Positions 28,345 to 38,201 of a stretch of 64,000 nucleotides of DNA are shown in pieces. Position numbers and translations under genes: made by a program. The DNA comes from Vicinamibacterales bacterium (GTDB lineage: Bacteria > Acidobacteriota > Vicinamibacteria > Vicinamibacterales > CAVVIG01), in NCBI GenBank assembly GCA_035537875.1, contig DATLLJ010000035.1, forward strand, positions 29,358 to 93,357, given 5' to 3'. Below the pieces are notes generated by a model that saw nothing but the letters and a program-made list of their open reading frames with translations, searched no databases and had not been told where the DNA came from. Position 1 is the first letter of the stretch; the number at the start of each line of letters is the position of its first letter.

Positions 28345-28361
28345 GGGTTGATATCATCCGC

Positions 28362-29099
28362 GTGATGGGGGTCCGGCCCGTCCTGTTCTTCCCGGCGATT
28401 GCGCTTCTCTGTGTCTCCGCGAGCCCGATGTCGGCGCAGCCGCCGAGCGAGAGTCCGGATCAGCTGTACGCCAGACGCGCCGACCTGTCCAGCGCCCGAC
28501 AGGCCGCGGATCGGTGGCGGACGGCCCTTCAACGCAATCCCAAGGATTTCGAGGCGGCGTGGAAGCTCGCCCGCGCAGACTACTGGCTCGGCGGCCACGC
28601 GCCCGAAACCGATCGCCGGGCGTTCCTGGAGAACGGCATCGAGGCAGGCGAGACGGCCGCGACGATCGCGTCAGACCGGCCGGAGGGTCATTTCTGGATG
28701 GCCGCCAACATGGGCGCGCTGGCGGAATCGTTCGGCCTCCGTGCCGGCCTGAAGTACCGCAAGCCGGTCCGCGAGCGCCTGGAGCTCGTCCTGAAGATCG
28801 ATCCAGCTTTTCAACAGGGGTCGGCCGATCGCGCCCTGGGTCGCTGGTACTTCAAAGTCCCTCGCCTCTTTGGCGGCAGCCGGAAACGAGCCGAGGACCA
28901 TCTGCGCGCATCGCTGAAGTACAACCCGAACAGCACCGCTTCACACTTCTTTCTTGCCGAAGTCCTCGCCGCCGACAACCGCAACGCCGAAGCCCGAGAC
29001 GAGCTCCAGCGGGTGCTCGACGCGCCGCTCGATCCGGAGTGGACGCCCGAGGATCAGGAGTTCAAGGCGAAGGCGAAAGCGATGCTGGCCACGATCTAG
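28362..29099 (+). CDS. Secreted TPR-like (TatT-like) protein
   Basis: Signal peptide. Helical repeat content (FEAAWKLARADYWLG.., ALGRWYFKVP). Starts 17 nt after the kinase stop. Confidence 0.65.
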   Translation: MMGVRPVLFFPAIALLCVSASPMSAQPPSESPDQLYARRADLSSARQAADRWRTALQRNPKDFEAAWKLARADYWLGGHAPETDRRAFLENGIEAGETAATIASDRPEGHFWMAANMGALAESFGLRAGLKYRKPVRERLELVLKIDPAFQQGSADRALGRWYFKVPRLFGGSRKRAEDHLRASLKYNPNSTASHFFLAEVLAADNRNAEARDELQRVLDAPLDPEWTPEDQEFKAKAKAMLATI

Positions 29100-29156
29100 C
29101 GGCACGTTCTTGGTCCACGGTGCGGCAGACCGCTCCAGCCGATACGGAACCCGCCA

Positions 29157-30647
29157 TCACACGTACTCGCGTTCCAGGCGCCGCGCGGACCGATACCGTG
29201 CGAACACCTCCTCGTCGCCCTCGAGACCGAGAATCGACCGGAGCCTCACTCCCCGGAAGGTATGCATCATCATCTCTATCGCGTGCCGCAGCACGAACAA
29301 GGGACTGTGGGTGAACGCTGCGGGCATGTGGCGCACCTTCATCCACCGTTCGGCGCGCCACCGGAGGAACTCGATTTCCGCGGCCGACAGATGCTCGCTG
29401 CGCACGACGGCTGTCGTGCCATCGTAATGACTCACATCATCGTCCACGATGAGGCCGCGCTCCCGGAACTGGCTCGTCATCGGCGTGCCGGGATACGGCG
29501 TCGGATGCTGGATGTACGGCCAGTCCACGTACCGGCGCGCAAAGTCGAGGTTTGCCTCGATGGACTCCCGGGTATCGTCCGGATTGCCGACGATCAAGCC
29601 ACCCACCACGTAGAGCCCGTGCCGATGGAGATGCTCGATCGCCTCGATGGTGGCGTTCTCCGTCACCCGTCCAGGGCCGCGGCTGGCATTCTTTGCGCGT
29701 GCCTTGAGGAACGCGAGATCCGCGTCGAGCACGTTCTCGATGCCGAGAAACACGTACCTGAAACGCGCGCGGCGCATCAGCGGGGCGAGCCTGGCGCCGT
29801 GCTGCGCCAGCGGTGATGTCATGGCCTGGACGACGTAGTCCACGTCGTTGAAACCGGCCTCGATGATCGCGCCGCACAGCGACTCGAACCGGCGGATATC
29901 GAGCGTGATGTTGTCATCGACGAGGAAAATCGACTTCGCGCCCCTTCCCCTCGCGTCGGCGATGTCGGCCAGCACCCGCTCGAGAGGATAGGCGTGAAAG
30001 TTTCTTCCACGCATCTCGATGATCGAACAGAAGCTGCAGTCGAACGTGCAGCCCCGAGAGGTTTCCACCACGTCGACCTGACGGCCCAGAAGCGTGTACC
30101 CCCTCAGCACGCGGGCGCGTCGATTGGGCAGCCGCGGAGCCTCGGTCGCCAGGCGCGCGATAGGCCGGTCAGGGTTGTGCGCGAGGCCCGCCGAAGTCCG
30201 GTACGTGAGACCCGCCACCCCTTCGACCGTCGATCGTGACTCGAGCGCCCGCAGCAGTTCGCACAACGTCTGCTCGCCCTCTCCCCGCACGATGTAGTCC
30301 ACCTCGGAGCACGGCGAATACGCGAGCGGCGCAAGACTTGGATCGTACCCCCCGACCACGATATGCGTGGAGGGCCGCAGGTCTCGAACGAGACGCGCGA
30401 TCTTGAAGGCCGTCTGGCGTTGAAATGTCATGACAGACAGCCCCACCACGTCGGGCTGCAGCTCCTGCATCAGGCGGCTCACGGTCTGAGGCACGCGCGA
30501 TTGAGCGAGCACGAGGTCGGCCACCGACACCTGATGGTGAGCGTCGACATTGCCGGCGAGCGACGCCAGTGCGCCATTTGGCATGCGCACGGCGACCGTG
30601 GGCATGTGCTCGAACGAGTCCGGCATCGAAAGCAGGAGCACGTTCAC
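29157..30647 (-). CDS. B12-binding-domain radical SAM protein (class B, DUF4070-like C-terminus)
   Basis: N-terminal B12-binding-like Rossmann region, then the CX3CX2C cluster SRGCTFDCSFCS. Confidence 0.9.
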   Translation of the reverse strand: MNVLLLSMPDSFEHMPTVAVRMPNGALASLAGNVDAHHQVSVADLVLAQSRVPQTVSRLMQELQPDVVGLSVMTFQRQTAFKIARLVRDLRPSTHIVVGGYDPSLAPLAYSPCSEVDYIVRGEGEQTLCELLRALESRSTVEGVAGLTYRTSAGLAHNPDRPIARLATEAPRLPNRRARVLRGYTLLGRQVDVVETSRGCTFDCSFCSIIEMRGRNFHAYPLERVLADIADARGRGAKSIFLVDDNITLDIRRFESLCGAIIEAGFNDVDYVVQAMTSPLAQHGARLAPLMRRARFRYVFLGIENVLDADLAFLKARAKNASRGPGRVTENATIEAIEHLHRHGLYVVGGLIVGNPDDTRESIEANLDFARRYVDWPYIQHPTPYPGTPMTSQFRERGLIVDDDVSHYDGTTAVVRSEHLSAAEIEFLRWRAERWMKVRHMPAAFTHSPLFVLRHAIEMMMHTFRGVRLRSILGLEGDEEVFARYRSARRLEREYV

Positions 30648-30754
30648 AGCGCCATTGTGCCACCAACGGAAGGTTTGGGAGCCAGCCGATGGGGAACCGT
30701 GTAAAGTATCGGACCGTCGGGCACTCGAGCTACTTGAAGCAGCGAGGTTTGAAG

Positions 30755-32647
30755 ATGAGCTCGCGAACGCTGGAGATCCGCGGCAATCTCGAGAAGACGT
30801 ACGAGGACCTGTTCACGCCGGAGGCGGTCGCCGCGCTCGAGGCGCTGGCCGGGCTGGACGCCGATCGCAAAGCGATCATGACCGCCCGCATCCACCGGCG
30901 CGCCGCGCGGGCCCGAGACAGGCAACCCATCACCTTTCTCGACCCTGAATCATCCATCCCCCGAACGGGCCTACGGGTCAAAGACGCTCGAAGCGGCAAC
31001 TTCGTCGGCAGCGAGATCCCCCGCGACCTCGAGCGCCAGTGGATTCAGGGCACCGGGCCGGCGGCCAGGCCTCATGCGCCTGTGGATCAAAGCATCCGCA
31101 ACATCGCGTACGCCCTGCTGTCGGGTGCTGATGGCTGGATGTTCGACGGCGAAGACGCGTTGGGACAGATATCGACCATGTCGTTGGACAACCAGCGAAA
31201 CCTGGCCCTGGCCATCCGGCGGGACCCGATCTTCATGACGGTCGCTGAACGCGTCGCTTCTGAAATGAACAAGTGGGCCCGCGAGTTCTTTGGGCGACCG
31301 ATCATCGATGACTGGGTCAAGCAGTTGGATTTCACGACGAAGATCTTCCGGGCGCGCGGGCTCCACCTCGACGACCGTCACGTGCGGCATGCCGGCGGCG
31401 CGGGCTTCTCGGCCTCCATCGTCGATGCCACCCTCTACATCGTCCACAACCATCGGCCGCTCAGGAACGCTGGAGCGTCGCTGGTCCTGTATCTGCCGAA
31501 GATTCAGACGGCCGAAGAAGCAGCGCTCTGGAAAGACATCCTCGAAGCGCTCGAGCAGCATCGTGGCCTTCCGAGCGGTTCGATCAAGGCGTACGTGCTC
31601 GTCGAGCAGCTCGAGGCGTGTTTTCAGCTGATGGAAATTCGCGCCGCGCTCGGCACGCATTTCGTCGGCTTCAACACGGGCCGCTGGGACTACATCAACA
31701 GCGTCTCGGACGCCATGGCTTGGGACGCCGCGTTCGTCAACCCCAACATCGACGCGGTCACGATGACGTACGGTTACATGCGGAACTACGAGGATCGGGT
31801 CAGGCGCGCGGTCAACACGCCCGACCGGGACGGACGCTACGCGCTATGGCAGGGCGGGATGGAACCGAACATCCCGGTCGGATCGGAAGCGGGCGTCGCA
31901 AACGGCATGAAACGGGCCGTCAGCGGGGCCGAACGCGAGCAGCGCGAAGGCGCGAGCGGCAAGTGGGTCGCCCATTGGAAGATGGTTCACATCGTGCGGC
32001 CGGTGTGGGAAAAAGCGGGCGAGAACAATCAACTGGGCAGGCAGTTCCCCCGCCTGACCTTCACCGCTGCCGATGCTGCCGGCCTCACGCTCATCGAATC
32101 GGCGCCCCGGACAATCCGCGGCGCCCGCGACCTGTTCAGCGTGGCCCTTCAGTACGGCAACGCCTTTCTGCAGGGTCTTCAGGCGGCCGCGCTCAAGCCC
32201 GCCGATTTCTTCGGCAACGACGACGTGCTCTATCTGATGGAGGATATGGCGACCGGTGAAATTCGACTCAGCATTCTGTGGGAATGGCTGCACAAGGGGG
32301 CATTGCTGACGGAAGCCGACGAGCAGAGCCACATGAAAGCAGGCGATCGGGTGACGGTCGATCTGTATCAGCGGCTCCTTGCCGAAGAGTACGAGAAGCT
32401 GCGTCAAGCCAGCAATCGGGACGTCCACGACATCTCGAAAGCTACCACGCTGCCGATTGCGCGTGAGATCGTCGAGACATACGTCCTCGACGCCTCGAAG
32501 CTGCCCTGGTACATCGACCTGCTCAACATCAACCTCGGCGACACCGACCTTCTCGAGGCGAGGAGGCGCATCCGGCTGCTCACCGATGCGTTTCACAAAG
32601 ACGGCACGAGGATTACGGAGAACCTCGACTTCGCAAAGGCCAGTTGA
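30755..32647 (+). CDS. Malate synthase family protein, atypical length (630 aa)
   Basis: ATG 30755 is chosen because the ORF from 30569 overlaps the radical SAM gene. GTHFVGFNTGRWDYINS is a near match to the malate synthase signature (..H..GLN.GRWDYIF). MFDGEDALGQ corresponds to the DFEDS site. Confidence 0.7.
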   Translation: MSSRTLEIRGNLEKTYEDLFTPEAVAALEALAGLDADRKAIMTARIHRRAARARDRQPITFLDPESSIPRTGLRVKDARSGNFVGSEIPRDLERQWIQGTGPAARPHAPVDQSIRNIAYALLSGADGWMFDGEDALGQISTMSLDNQRNLALAIRRDPIFMTVAERVASEMNKWAREFFGRPIIDDWVKQLDFTTKIFRARGLHLDDRHVRHAGGAGFSASIVDATLYIVHNHRPLRNAGASLVLYLPKIQTAEEAALWKDILEALEQHRGLPSGSIKAYVLVEQLEACFQLMEIRAALGTHFVGFNTGRWDYINSVSDAMAWDAAFVNPNIDAVTMTYGYMRNYEDRVRRAVNTPDRDGRYALWQGGMEPNIPVGSEAGVANGMKRAVSGAEREQREGASGKWVAHWKMVHIVRPVWEKAGENNQLGRQFPRLTFTAADAAGLTLIESAPRTIRGARDLFSVALQYGNAFLQGLQAAALKPADFFGNDDVLYLMEDMATGEIRLSILWEWLHKGALLTEADEQSHMKAGDRVTVDLYQRLLAEEYEKLRQASNRDVHDISKATTLPIAREIVETYVLDASKLPWYIDLLNINLGDTDLLEARRRIRLLTDAFHKDGTRITENLDFAKAS

Positions 32648-32657
32648 GAGCGAATCG

Positions 32658-33053
32658 TTACCGGGGCCGCTTCATCACAACGGCGTTCCCTTGCGGCGTC
32701 GACAACATGAGCCCCGTTGTCTCCCACCCGTTCGTGCCGGCGGCGTTCAGCGCGGCGGTCGCGTCCGAGCCGGCCGGAATGGCCAGGATCTGATACTCCC
32801 ACTGCTGCGCCACGACTCGCGCGTCTACCACCGTTCTCGGGCCCAGTTCCACACGGATGGGCGCAACGTCCGAGGCGACTCCCTGGATAGTGACAGGGAC
32901 TGCCTCGTCCCTCTCGCGGTTCCCGATCAACACGCGCGCTTGAGTCGGTTGCCCGGGTGTCAGGGTCCCTTCCTGGGCAAACGCGTCCGGCAGTAAGACC
33001 GCGCTCGCGAAAGCCATGGCTGCAACCGCCACATACGACAGAGTCTTGCGCAT
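32658..33053 (-). CDS. Hypothetical secreted protein
   Basis: ATG 33053 lies 5 nt after GGGAGGAAG. Signal peptide MRKTLSYVAVAAMAFASA. Confidence 0.5.
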   Translation of the reverse strand: MRKTLSYVAVAAMAFASAVLLPDAFAQEGTLTPGQPTQARVLIGNRERDEAVPVTIQGVASDVAPIRVELGPRTVVDARVVAQQWEYQILAIPAGSDATAALNAAGTNGWETTGLMLSTPQGNAVVMKRPR

Positions 33054-33083
33054 CGTCTTCCTCCCGATCAATGGTGGGTTCGC

Positions 33084-33525
33084 TTACGGATGGCCGATGA
33101 ACACCGCCTGTCGAACGAAGCGGTGTTGTTCGAGCACATCGAGCACGAATTGAGCGACTTCCTTCCTCGATATCCCGCGCAGCGTGACGCCTTCGACTTC
33201 AACGACAGCCTGCGGGGTCCGCTTGGAGTCCGCGCGCGGAATATAGCCGGTCGCACAATCGTCCAAGCGTCGATTCCGAAAACAGCGTCGTCTGCCGCAC
33301 GTTGCCGGCGCCGATCGCGTAGAAGACCGCTTCCCGACCCTCGACTGCCCGCTAGACGGCATCGGAATCGAGGGCGTTGCCCCGCACCACGCTGACGCGG
33401 CCGGCGAGGTCGTCCAGTTTCTCCGGCGTGCGCGCCAGCCCTCGGACCTCATGGCCCCGGGATAATGCCTCCTCGACGATCAGCCTGCCGACCGATCCGG
33501 TCGCCCCCAGGACGAGTATTCGCAT
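33084..33525 (-). pseudogene. Decayed NAD(P)H-binding (NmrA/BVR-B-like atypical SDR) gene
   Basis: GGAGG plus ATG 33525: MRILVLGATGSVGRLIVEEAL..GNALDSDAV, then an in-frame TAG (33354-33352). Homology continues (RAVEGREAVFYAIGAGN). The C-terminal segment GISRKEVAQFVLDVLEQHRFVRQAVFIG is in another frame. The span is 442 nt, not a multiple of 3, and about 70-80 codons shorter than usual. Confidence 0.55.
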
Positions 33526-33628
33526 GACAATCAGCCTCCGTGAACGGGCCGGTCGAAAGGGCTGAAGAGCGGACTCGTGAGCGCCGAAATAGGAGGTTGG
33601 CGCCCCCCGCCGGTGCAAGGAGCCTCAG

Positions 33629-34108
33629 ATGTGGAATAAGCCAGGATCGTCCGCCAGCGACACACCCCAACAGCCCGGCAGCAACGTTCCTGCCACAGGG
33701 GGGCGAATGCCCGATGAGCGGCGAACGGTCGCCTGGGTCGGCAAATCCGTTATTTTCCGTGGCGATCTCATCAGCGCCGAAGACATGACCATCGACGGGC
33801 GAATCGAGGGGACCATCGAGGTCCGCGACCATCATTTGACCATCGGGCCGAACGCCAGCATCGAGGCAGATGTTGTCGCAAAACAGGTCACTATCTTCGG
33901 GAAGGTCAACGGGAGCGTCACCGGGAACGAGAAGGTCGAAATCCGAATCGGGGCGTCGGTCGAGGCGGACGTAGCCTGCTCGGTGCTCGCGATCCAGGAA
34001 GGCGCGCATTTCAGCGGCAAAGTCGCGATGCAATCGCCTCGCTCGCAGACCGATCAGGCCGACGGCAGCGAGCCTGCGAAGAACCGGTCAGCGTCCTCTA
34101 CTTCCTAG
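33629..34108 (+). CDS. Bactofilin family cytoskeletal protein
   Basis: AAGGAG RBS. Beta-helix repeats: VIFRGDLISAEDMTIDGRIEGTIEV..LTIGPNASIEADVVAKQVTIFGKVNGSVTG..VEIRIGASVEADV. Confidence 0.85.
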   Translation: MWNKPGSSASDTPQQPGSNVPATGGRMPDERRTVAWVGKSVIFRGDLISAEDMTIDGRIEGTIEVRDHHLTIGPNASIEADVVAKQVTIFGKVNGSVTGNEKVEIRIGASVEADVACSVLAIQEGAHFSGKVAMQSPRSQTDQADGSEPAKNRSASSTS

Positions 34109-34142
34109 ACCAGAGCAGTTCTCAGTTCCTTGGCGGGGCGGC

Positions 34143-34427
34143 GTGGCTCCGTCGCGAACTGTATCAAAACGGATAACGCCTTGGGCTGCCGGCGAAGCAG
34201 CGAACCTCGTTGGCCCCGGACCCGTATCTACCAATGTGACCAAGTTTCTGCTCTGGTGCATCCTGCTCGTGCTGTGCTGGCCGCTCGCCCTCCTGGCGCT
34301 TATCGTCTACCCGATCGTGTGGATCGCCCTGATTCCCTTTCGGCTGGTCGGAATCGCCGTCGACAGCGTCCTGGGCCTGCTGCGCGGTGTGGTGATGCTC
34401 CCGGCCAGGCTGCTCCGCGGAGTGTGA
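34143..34427 (+). CDS. Small two-TM membrane protein (start uncertain; GTG 34236 possible)
   Basis: Hydrophobic core KFLLWCILLVLCWPLALLALIVYPIVWIALIPFRLVGIAV. No clear RBS. Confidence 0.4.
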   Translation: MAPSRTVSKRITPWAAGEAANLVGPGPVSTNVTKFLLWCILLVLCWPLALLALIVYPIVWIALIPFRLVGIAVDSVLGLLRGVVMLPARLLRGV

Positions 34428-34433
34428 GCCGCC

Positions 34434-35561
34434 CTACAGGTCGAGGGACGCCGGGTAGAACACCTCCTCGAGCGACAACCGCCGCTTCGTGAGCCCCTGC
34501 TCGAACGAGAACTGCGTCAGGGCGTCGAGCATCGCCCGGTTGGCTTTGACGCCGTACGGATAGGGATCGATGTCGAGCACTTCGCGATGCGCGCCCGGCA
34601 GCAAGTCCAGGTCGAAGTAGATCGAAGCAAATTCCCGTCCGGGCAGCTGCACCAGATCCTTCGCCGCGCCGAACGCCTTGTAGACATTGAGCGCCGCCCA
34701 CGGATGCTCCTCGAGCACGCGGCGCTGGAAGACCACGCAGTGATTGGCCGGATAGAAGCCGGTCTTCTTGTAGTACCTGGCCCCCTCGGCGACCTGGTCG
34801 CGGAACAGCAGCCGCACCTCGGAACGCTTGCTCAAATCCACGCGGCTGCGGTCCACGAGATTGACGTCCGTCAAATAGAGAAGCGACGCGTCGACCCTGC
34901 CGTCGAGCAGCATCGTGCCGATGTTATCGGGGGGCTCGATGCGCTGGAACTTGAGGCCCGCCGGCGGCTGGAATCCCGTGGCGCCTCCGTGGCTGAGCTC
35001 CTCCGTGCGTTCCATGTACCAGTCCATGTCGAACGCCGTCACGCCGAATTCGTGCTGCAGCACTCCTCTGCTCCAGAGAGCAGACGTCTGTTGGTACTCG
35101 GGCACTGCGACGCGCTTCCCTTTCAGGTCCTGGGGCTTCTCGATACCCCGGTCGGTTCGGACGAGAATGCCGGTGTGAGGGAACCCGCGCAACGTGAAAA
35201 TCGGCAGCGCCACCCAACGCGTGTCTCCTTGTGAGATCGCGATGAGGAGCGACGACCACGACATTTCCGAGATGTCGAATTCGGAGAAGCGCAGCTGCCG
35301 CCAGAACATCTCGGAGGGGTGGATCGTGCTGACCGCGAGGGTGATGCCGTCCGGCTTGACCCGGCCGTCCCGGAGGGGCAGCGTGCGAGCATTGTCGGAG
35401 ACGCACATGCTCAGGTGAATGTCGCCTGCATGGGAAGGCGAGGCCTGCGTCGCCGGTGCCACCGATTGAGCTGCAGCCGACACCCCCGCCGGCACGGAGG
35501 CCAGCAGCGAGCCGGCGCCCGCCGTGTAAAGCCAGTCCCTTCGTGACATCCGGGTTCGCAT
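34434..35561 (-). CDS. Tat-exported NMT1/THI5-like (PhtD-like) periplasmic substrate-binding protein
   Basis: Twin-arginine signal MSRRDWLYTAGAGSLLA. Type-2 periplasmic-binding-fold pattern (LKGKRVAVPEYQQTSALW..). Confidence 0.7.
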   Translation of the reverse strand: MRTRMSRRDWLYTAGAGSLLASVPAGVSAAAQSVAPATQASPSHAGDIHLSMCVSDNARTLPLRDGRVKPDGITLAVSTIHPSEMFWRQLRFSEFDISEMSWSSLLIAISQGDTRWVALPIFTLRGFPHTGILVRTDRGIEKPQDLKGKRVAVPEYQQTSALWSRGVLQHEFGVTAFDMDWYMERTEELSHGGATGFQPPAGLKFQRIEPPDNIGTMLLDGRVDASLLYLTDVNLVDRSRVDLSKRSEVRLLFRDQVAEGARYYKKTGFYPANHCVVFQRRVLEEHPWAALNVYKAFGAAKDLVQLPGREFASIYFDLDLLPGAHREVLDIDPYPYGVKANRAMLDALTQFSFEQGLTKRRLSLEEVFYPASLDL

Positions 35562-35649
35562 TTGCCTACCTCCCCTTTAACGAATAATGCTCGCGCCATA
35601 GTAGATCAGTCGATGCCCGGCGCCTAGCCTCGACGTCGACCGGAAATCC

Positions 35650-37194
35650 GTGGAGTTCGGCTTGCACAACCGGGCCAGCAGCACGATACTCCCGCTAGCG
35701 CAAACGATGATCGTCCACTTCAACCAGAACCTGCAGGCCAGGCGCACCGGCACCGAGGGTTCGGGCGAGACATTCGCCCAGCTGACCGGCCGCGTCGTCG
35801 AGTCCCTCACGACCCTGCTGCAGCAGGGGGAGGTGGACGCCCGCACCTGGTCAACCCTGCGCATTCACCTCGACTGGATTCAGTACCGCGAGAACTTTCG
35901 CGACCCAGTCATGGTTCGGCGCGCGGTTGACCCGGCTGGACGACCGCTGGCGCTCGCGGAGGTGGCCATCGACCTGCGTCAGGTGACCCCTGACGGGCTG
36001 GCCCCGATGCTGGCCGAAGCGCAACGCGGGCTTCGAGGCCGTCCGGCGCCGACAGGCGAGCCCGGCCCTCTGCCGCTCGGGGACTTCAGCCCGCTGCGTG
36101 AAAGCCCGATCTGGGCGTTCAATCGGCTCTTCTGGCAGCGGCTGGCGGACTGGGAGGCGGTATCGGGGCGACCATTCGATGCGGCGCTTCCAGGAGGGAC
36201 GTCGGACGGGAATCATCCACAAGCCATCGCCGACTCGGTGGGCGACTTCTGGACGTTGCTCCGCGACCTCGAAGCACGCAGTCAGCTTCCGGCAGAGATC
36301 TTCTGCGTGGAAGTGGGCGTGGGGTCCGGCACCCGCGCGCGGCTCTGGCTCGATCGATTCAAGGCGCTCGACGAGCACTGCGGCAGTGCGTACTACCCGC
36401 GATTGAGGATGCTGCTCGGCGACTATTCGCCGAGGACGCTCGATGCGGCCCTCGAAGCCATGGGTCCGCACGCCCCCCTCGTCAGCGTCGTCGCGATCGA
36501 CGCCCTCAATCCGCTGAAGACGCTGTCGTTCCTCCGGTTCAAGGCGCTCTACGTCCACCTCACGAACGTGTACGACAACCTGCCGTTCGACGAGCTGGTC
36601 CGTCGCGACGGCCGGCTGTATGTGATTGAGGCGCGTCCGTACGTGAGCTCGGCGACGGCGCGACACCTGTCGACGGAACTCGGCGTCTCGCGCGATGACC
36701 TCCCGGGCCTCGCACAGCGGCTGCTGGACGGTGGACCGCAGGCCTTCGACGATCCCCGCCGCGGGATGCTGCTCTGGCGCTGTCTCTGGTCGGGCCTTCG
36801 TCTCGAAGAGCGCCTTCGAGCTGTCGAGGACGGGGACGAAGGGCACGTGCCGCAAGGGTTGACGCGCGTGCACCTCGACGACCTGCTGAACGAGGCGCCC
36901 TACGACGTTCGGTTTCAGGTTTCACGAGGCGCGGCCGAAAGCTTCGCCAACACCTTGCCGCTGTTGCATCCGCGCGGGTACCTGCAGGTTCAGGATATCT
37001 TCGTCCCGGCCATGGAGGACTATCGCCAGGGGTTCAGGGGCCCGGGCAAACTCGACGGCGCGGTCGTCGTCTGGGTCAACGGGCCGCTGCTGCGCACGGT
37101 GGGCGCGCGGGCCGGTTACGACGTGCACTTCGCGCCCTTCCGCTACCGCCCGGGATCGAAGACGACCACGCTCTTCACGACGCAGCGCGATTGA
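35650..37194 (+). CDS. Uncharacterised protein with SAM-methyltransferase-like (MidA/NDUFAF7-like) core; start uncertain (GTG 35650 or ATG 35707)
   Basis: VEVGVGSGTRARLWLD (motif I-like) and TNVYDNLPFDE (resembles the NE..DA.P motif of the MidA family). The rest is unrecognised. Confidence 0.5.
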   Translation: MEFGLHNRASSTILPLAQTMIVHFNQNLQARRTGTEGSGETFAQLTGRVVESLTTLLQQGEVDARTWSTLRIHLDWIQYRENFRDPVMVRRAVDPAGRPLALAEVAIDLRQVTPDGLAPMLAEAQRGLRGRPAPTGEPGPLPLGDFSPLRESPIWAFNRLFWQRLADWEAVSGRPFDAALPGGTSDGNHPQAIADSVGDFWTLLRDLEARSQLPAEIFCVEVGVGSGTRARLWLDRFKALDEHCGSAYYPRLRMLLGDYSPRTLDAALEAMGPHAPLVSVVAIDALNPLKTLSFLRFKALYVHLTNVYDNLPFDELVRRDGRLYVIEARPYVSSATARHLSTELGVSRDDLPGLAQRLLDGGPQAFDDPRRGMLLWRCLWSGLRLEERLRAVEDGDEGHVPQGLTRVHLDDLLNEAPYDVRFQVSRGAAESFANTLPLLHPRGYLQVQDIFVPAMEDYRQGFRGPGKLDGAVVVWVNGPLLRTVGARAGYDVHFAPFRYRPGSKTTTLFTTQRD

Positions 37195-37199
37195 CGATT

Positions 37200-38201
37200 A
37201 TGAGCCTACCCCCACTCCCCACCACCGTGACCGGCAGCTACTCGATGCCCGAGTGGCTGAAGCGGGCGAAGAACGATTACCTGCAGCGGCGCGTGAGCCG
37301 CCACGACCTGGAGGAGATGCACGACGCCGTCCGCAAGGGCGCGATCAAGGACCAGGAAGTGGCCGGCGTGGACGTCATCTCAGACGGCGAACTGCAGCGG
37401 GACAACATGATCGACTACTTCGCCGAACGTCTGCCTGGCGTGCAGATCGATCTGGGCTCCAAGCGCTTCTACTACGATTTCTACGACAGCGCGGTCCGGT
37501 CGAAGCTGGCCACCGGCGCGCTCGGCCTGGTCGAAGACGCCCGATTCCTGCGCCGATTCACCGATCGGCCTACGAAGGTGACGATTTCCGGTCCGCATAC
37601 TCTCGTCAAGCGTATTCAGAACCAGTACTACCCTTCGGAAGAAGCCTTCGCGCTGGAACTGGCGCGCGTCCTGAACCTGGAGCTGCGTGAGCTGGCGCGA
37701 GCCGGCGTGACCGACCTGCAGATCGACGAGCCCTACTATTCTGGTTTTCCCGAGGATCTGCCGTGGGCCGTCCGCGCCGTCAACGCGATGGTGGATTCGG
37801 TGGACGCTCATCTCACGCTCCACATCTGTTACGGCAACCGGTACGGAAAGCCGTCTTGGGAAGGCAGCTACCGGTACCTCTTTCCGACGATAGGCGAGGC
37901 CAAGGTGCACGCGATCTCGCTCGAGTTCGCACGGCGCGGCGACGAGGACCTGCAGCTGTTCGAGCAGTTCAACGTGCCCTTCAAGGTCGGCCTCGGCGTC
38001 ATCGACGTCAAGACTCACGACGTGGAGCCTGCGGCCGTCGTCGGCGACCGAATCCGCCGCGCGCTCAAGATTCTTCCGGCCGAACGCCTCATCATCAATC
38101 CCGACTGCGGGCTCGTGCATCTGCCCCGCGAGGTGGCGTTCATGAAGTTGTGCGCGATGGTGGAAGGCACGCGGCTCGTGCGGCAGGAGCTTGCCCGGTG
38201 A
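37200..38201 (+). CDS. Short cobalamin-independent methionine-synthase-like protein (MetE C-terminal domain only, core-MetE type)
   Basis: TGSYSMPEWL, Zn-ligand motifs LHICYGN and NPDCGL, acidic SLEFAR. Only about 333 aa, against about 750 aa for full-length MetE. Confidence 0.8.
   Translation: MSLPPLPTTVTGSYSMPEWLKRAKNDYLQRRVSRHDLEEMHDAVRKGAIKDQEVAGVDVISDGELQRDNMIDYFAERLPGVQIDLGSKRFYYDFYDSAVRSKLATGALGLVEDARFLRRFTDRPTKVTISGPHTLVKRIQNQYYPSEEAFALELARVLNLELRELARAGVTDLQIDEPYYSGFPEDLPWAVRAVNAMVDSVDAHLTLHICYGNRYGKPSWEGSYRYLFPTIGEAKVHAISLEFARRGDEDLQLFEQFNVPFKVGLGVIDVKTHDVEPAAVVGDRIRRALKILPAERLIINPDCGLVHLPREVAFMKLCAMVEGTRLVRQELAR

Noticed and set aside
30569-30754. N-terminal extension of the malate-synthase-like ORF
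   Set aside because: It overlaps the start of the divergent radical SAM gene. ATG 30755 is preceded by a GAGG-type RBS, and homology begins there.
33352-33354. TAG in the SDR-like gene as programmed read-through or pyrrolysine
   Set aside because: The same locus also has a frameshift and a large internal deletion, and there is no supporting context. Simple gene decay is the parsimonious reading.
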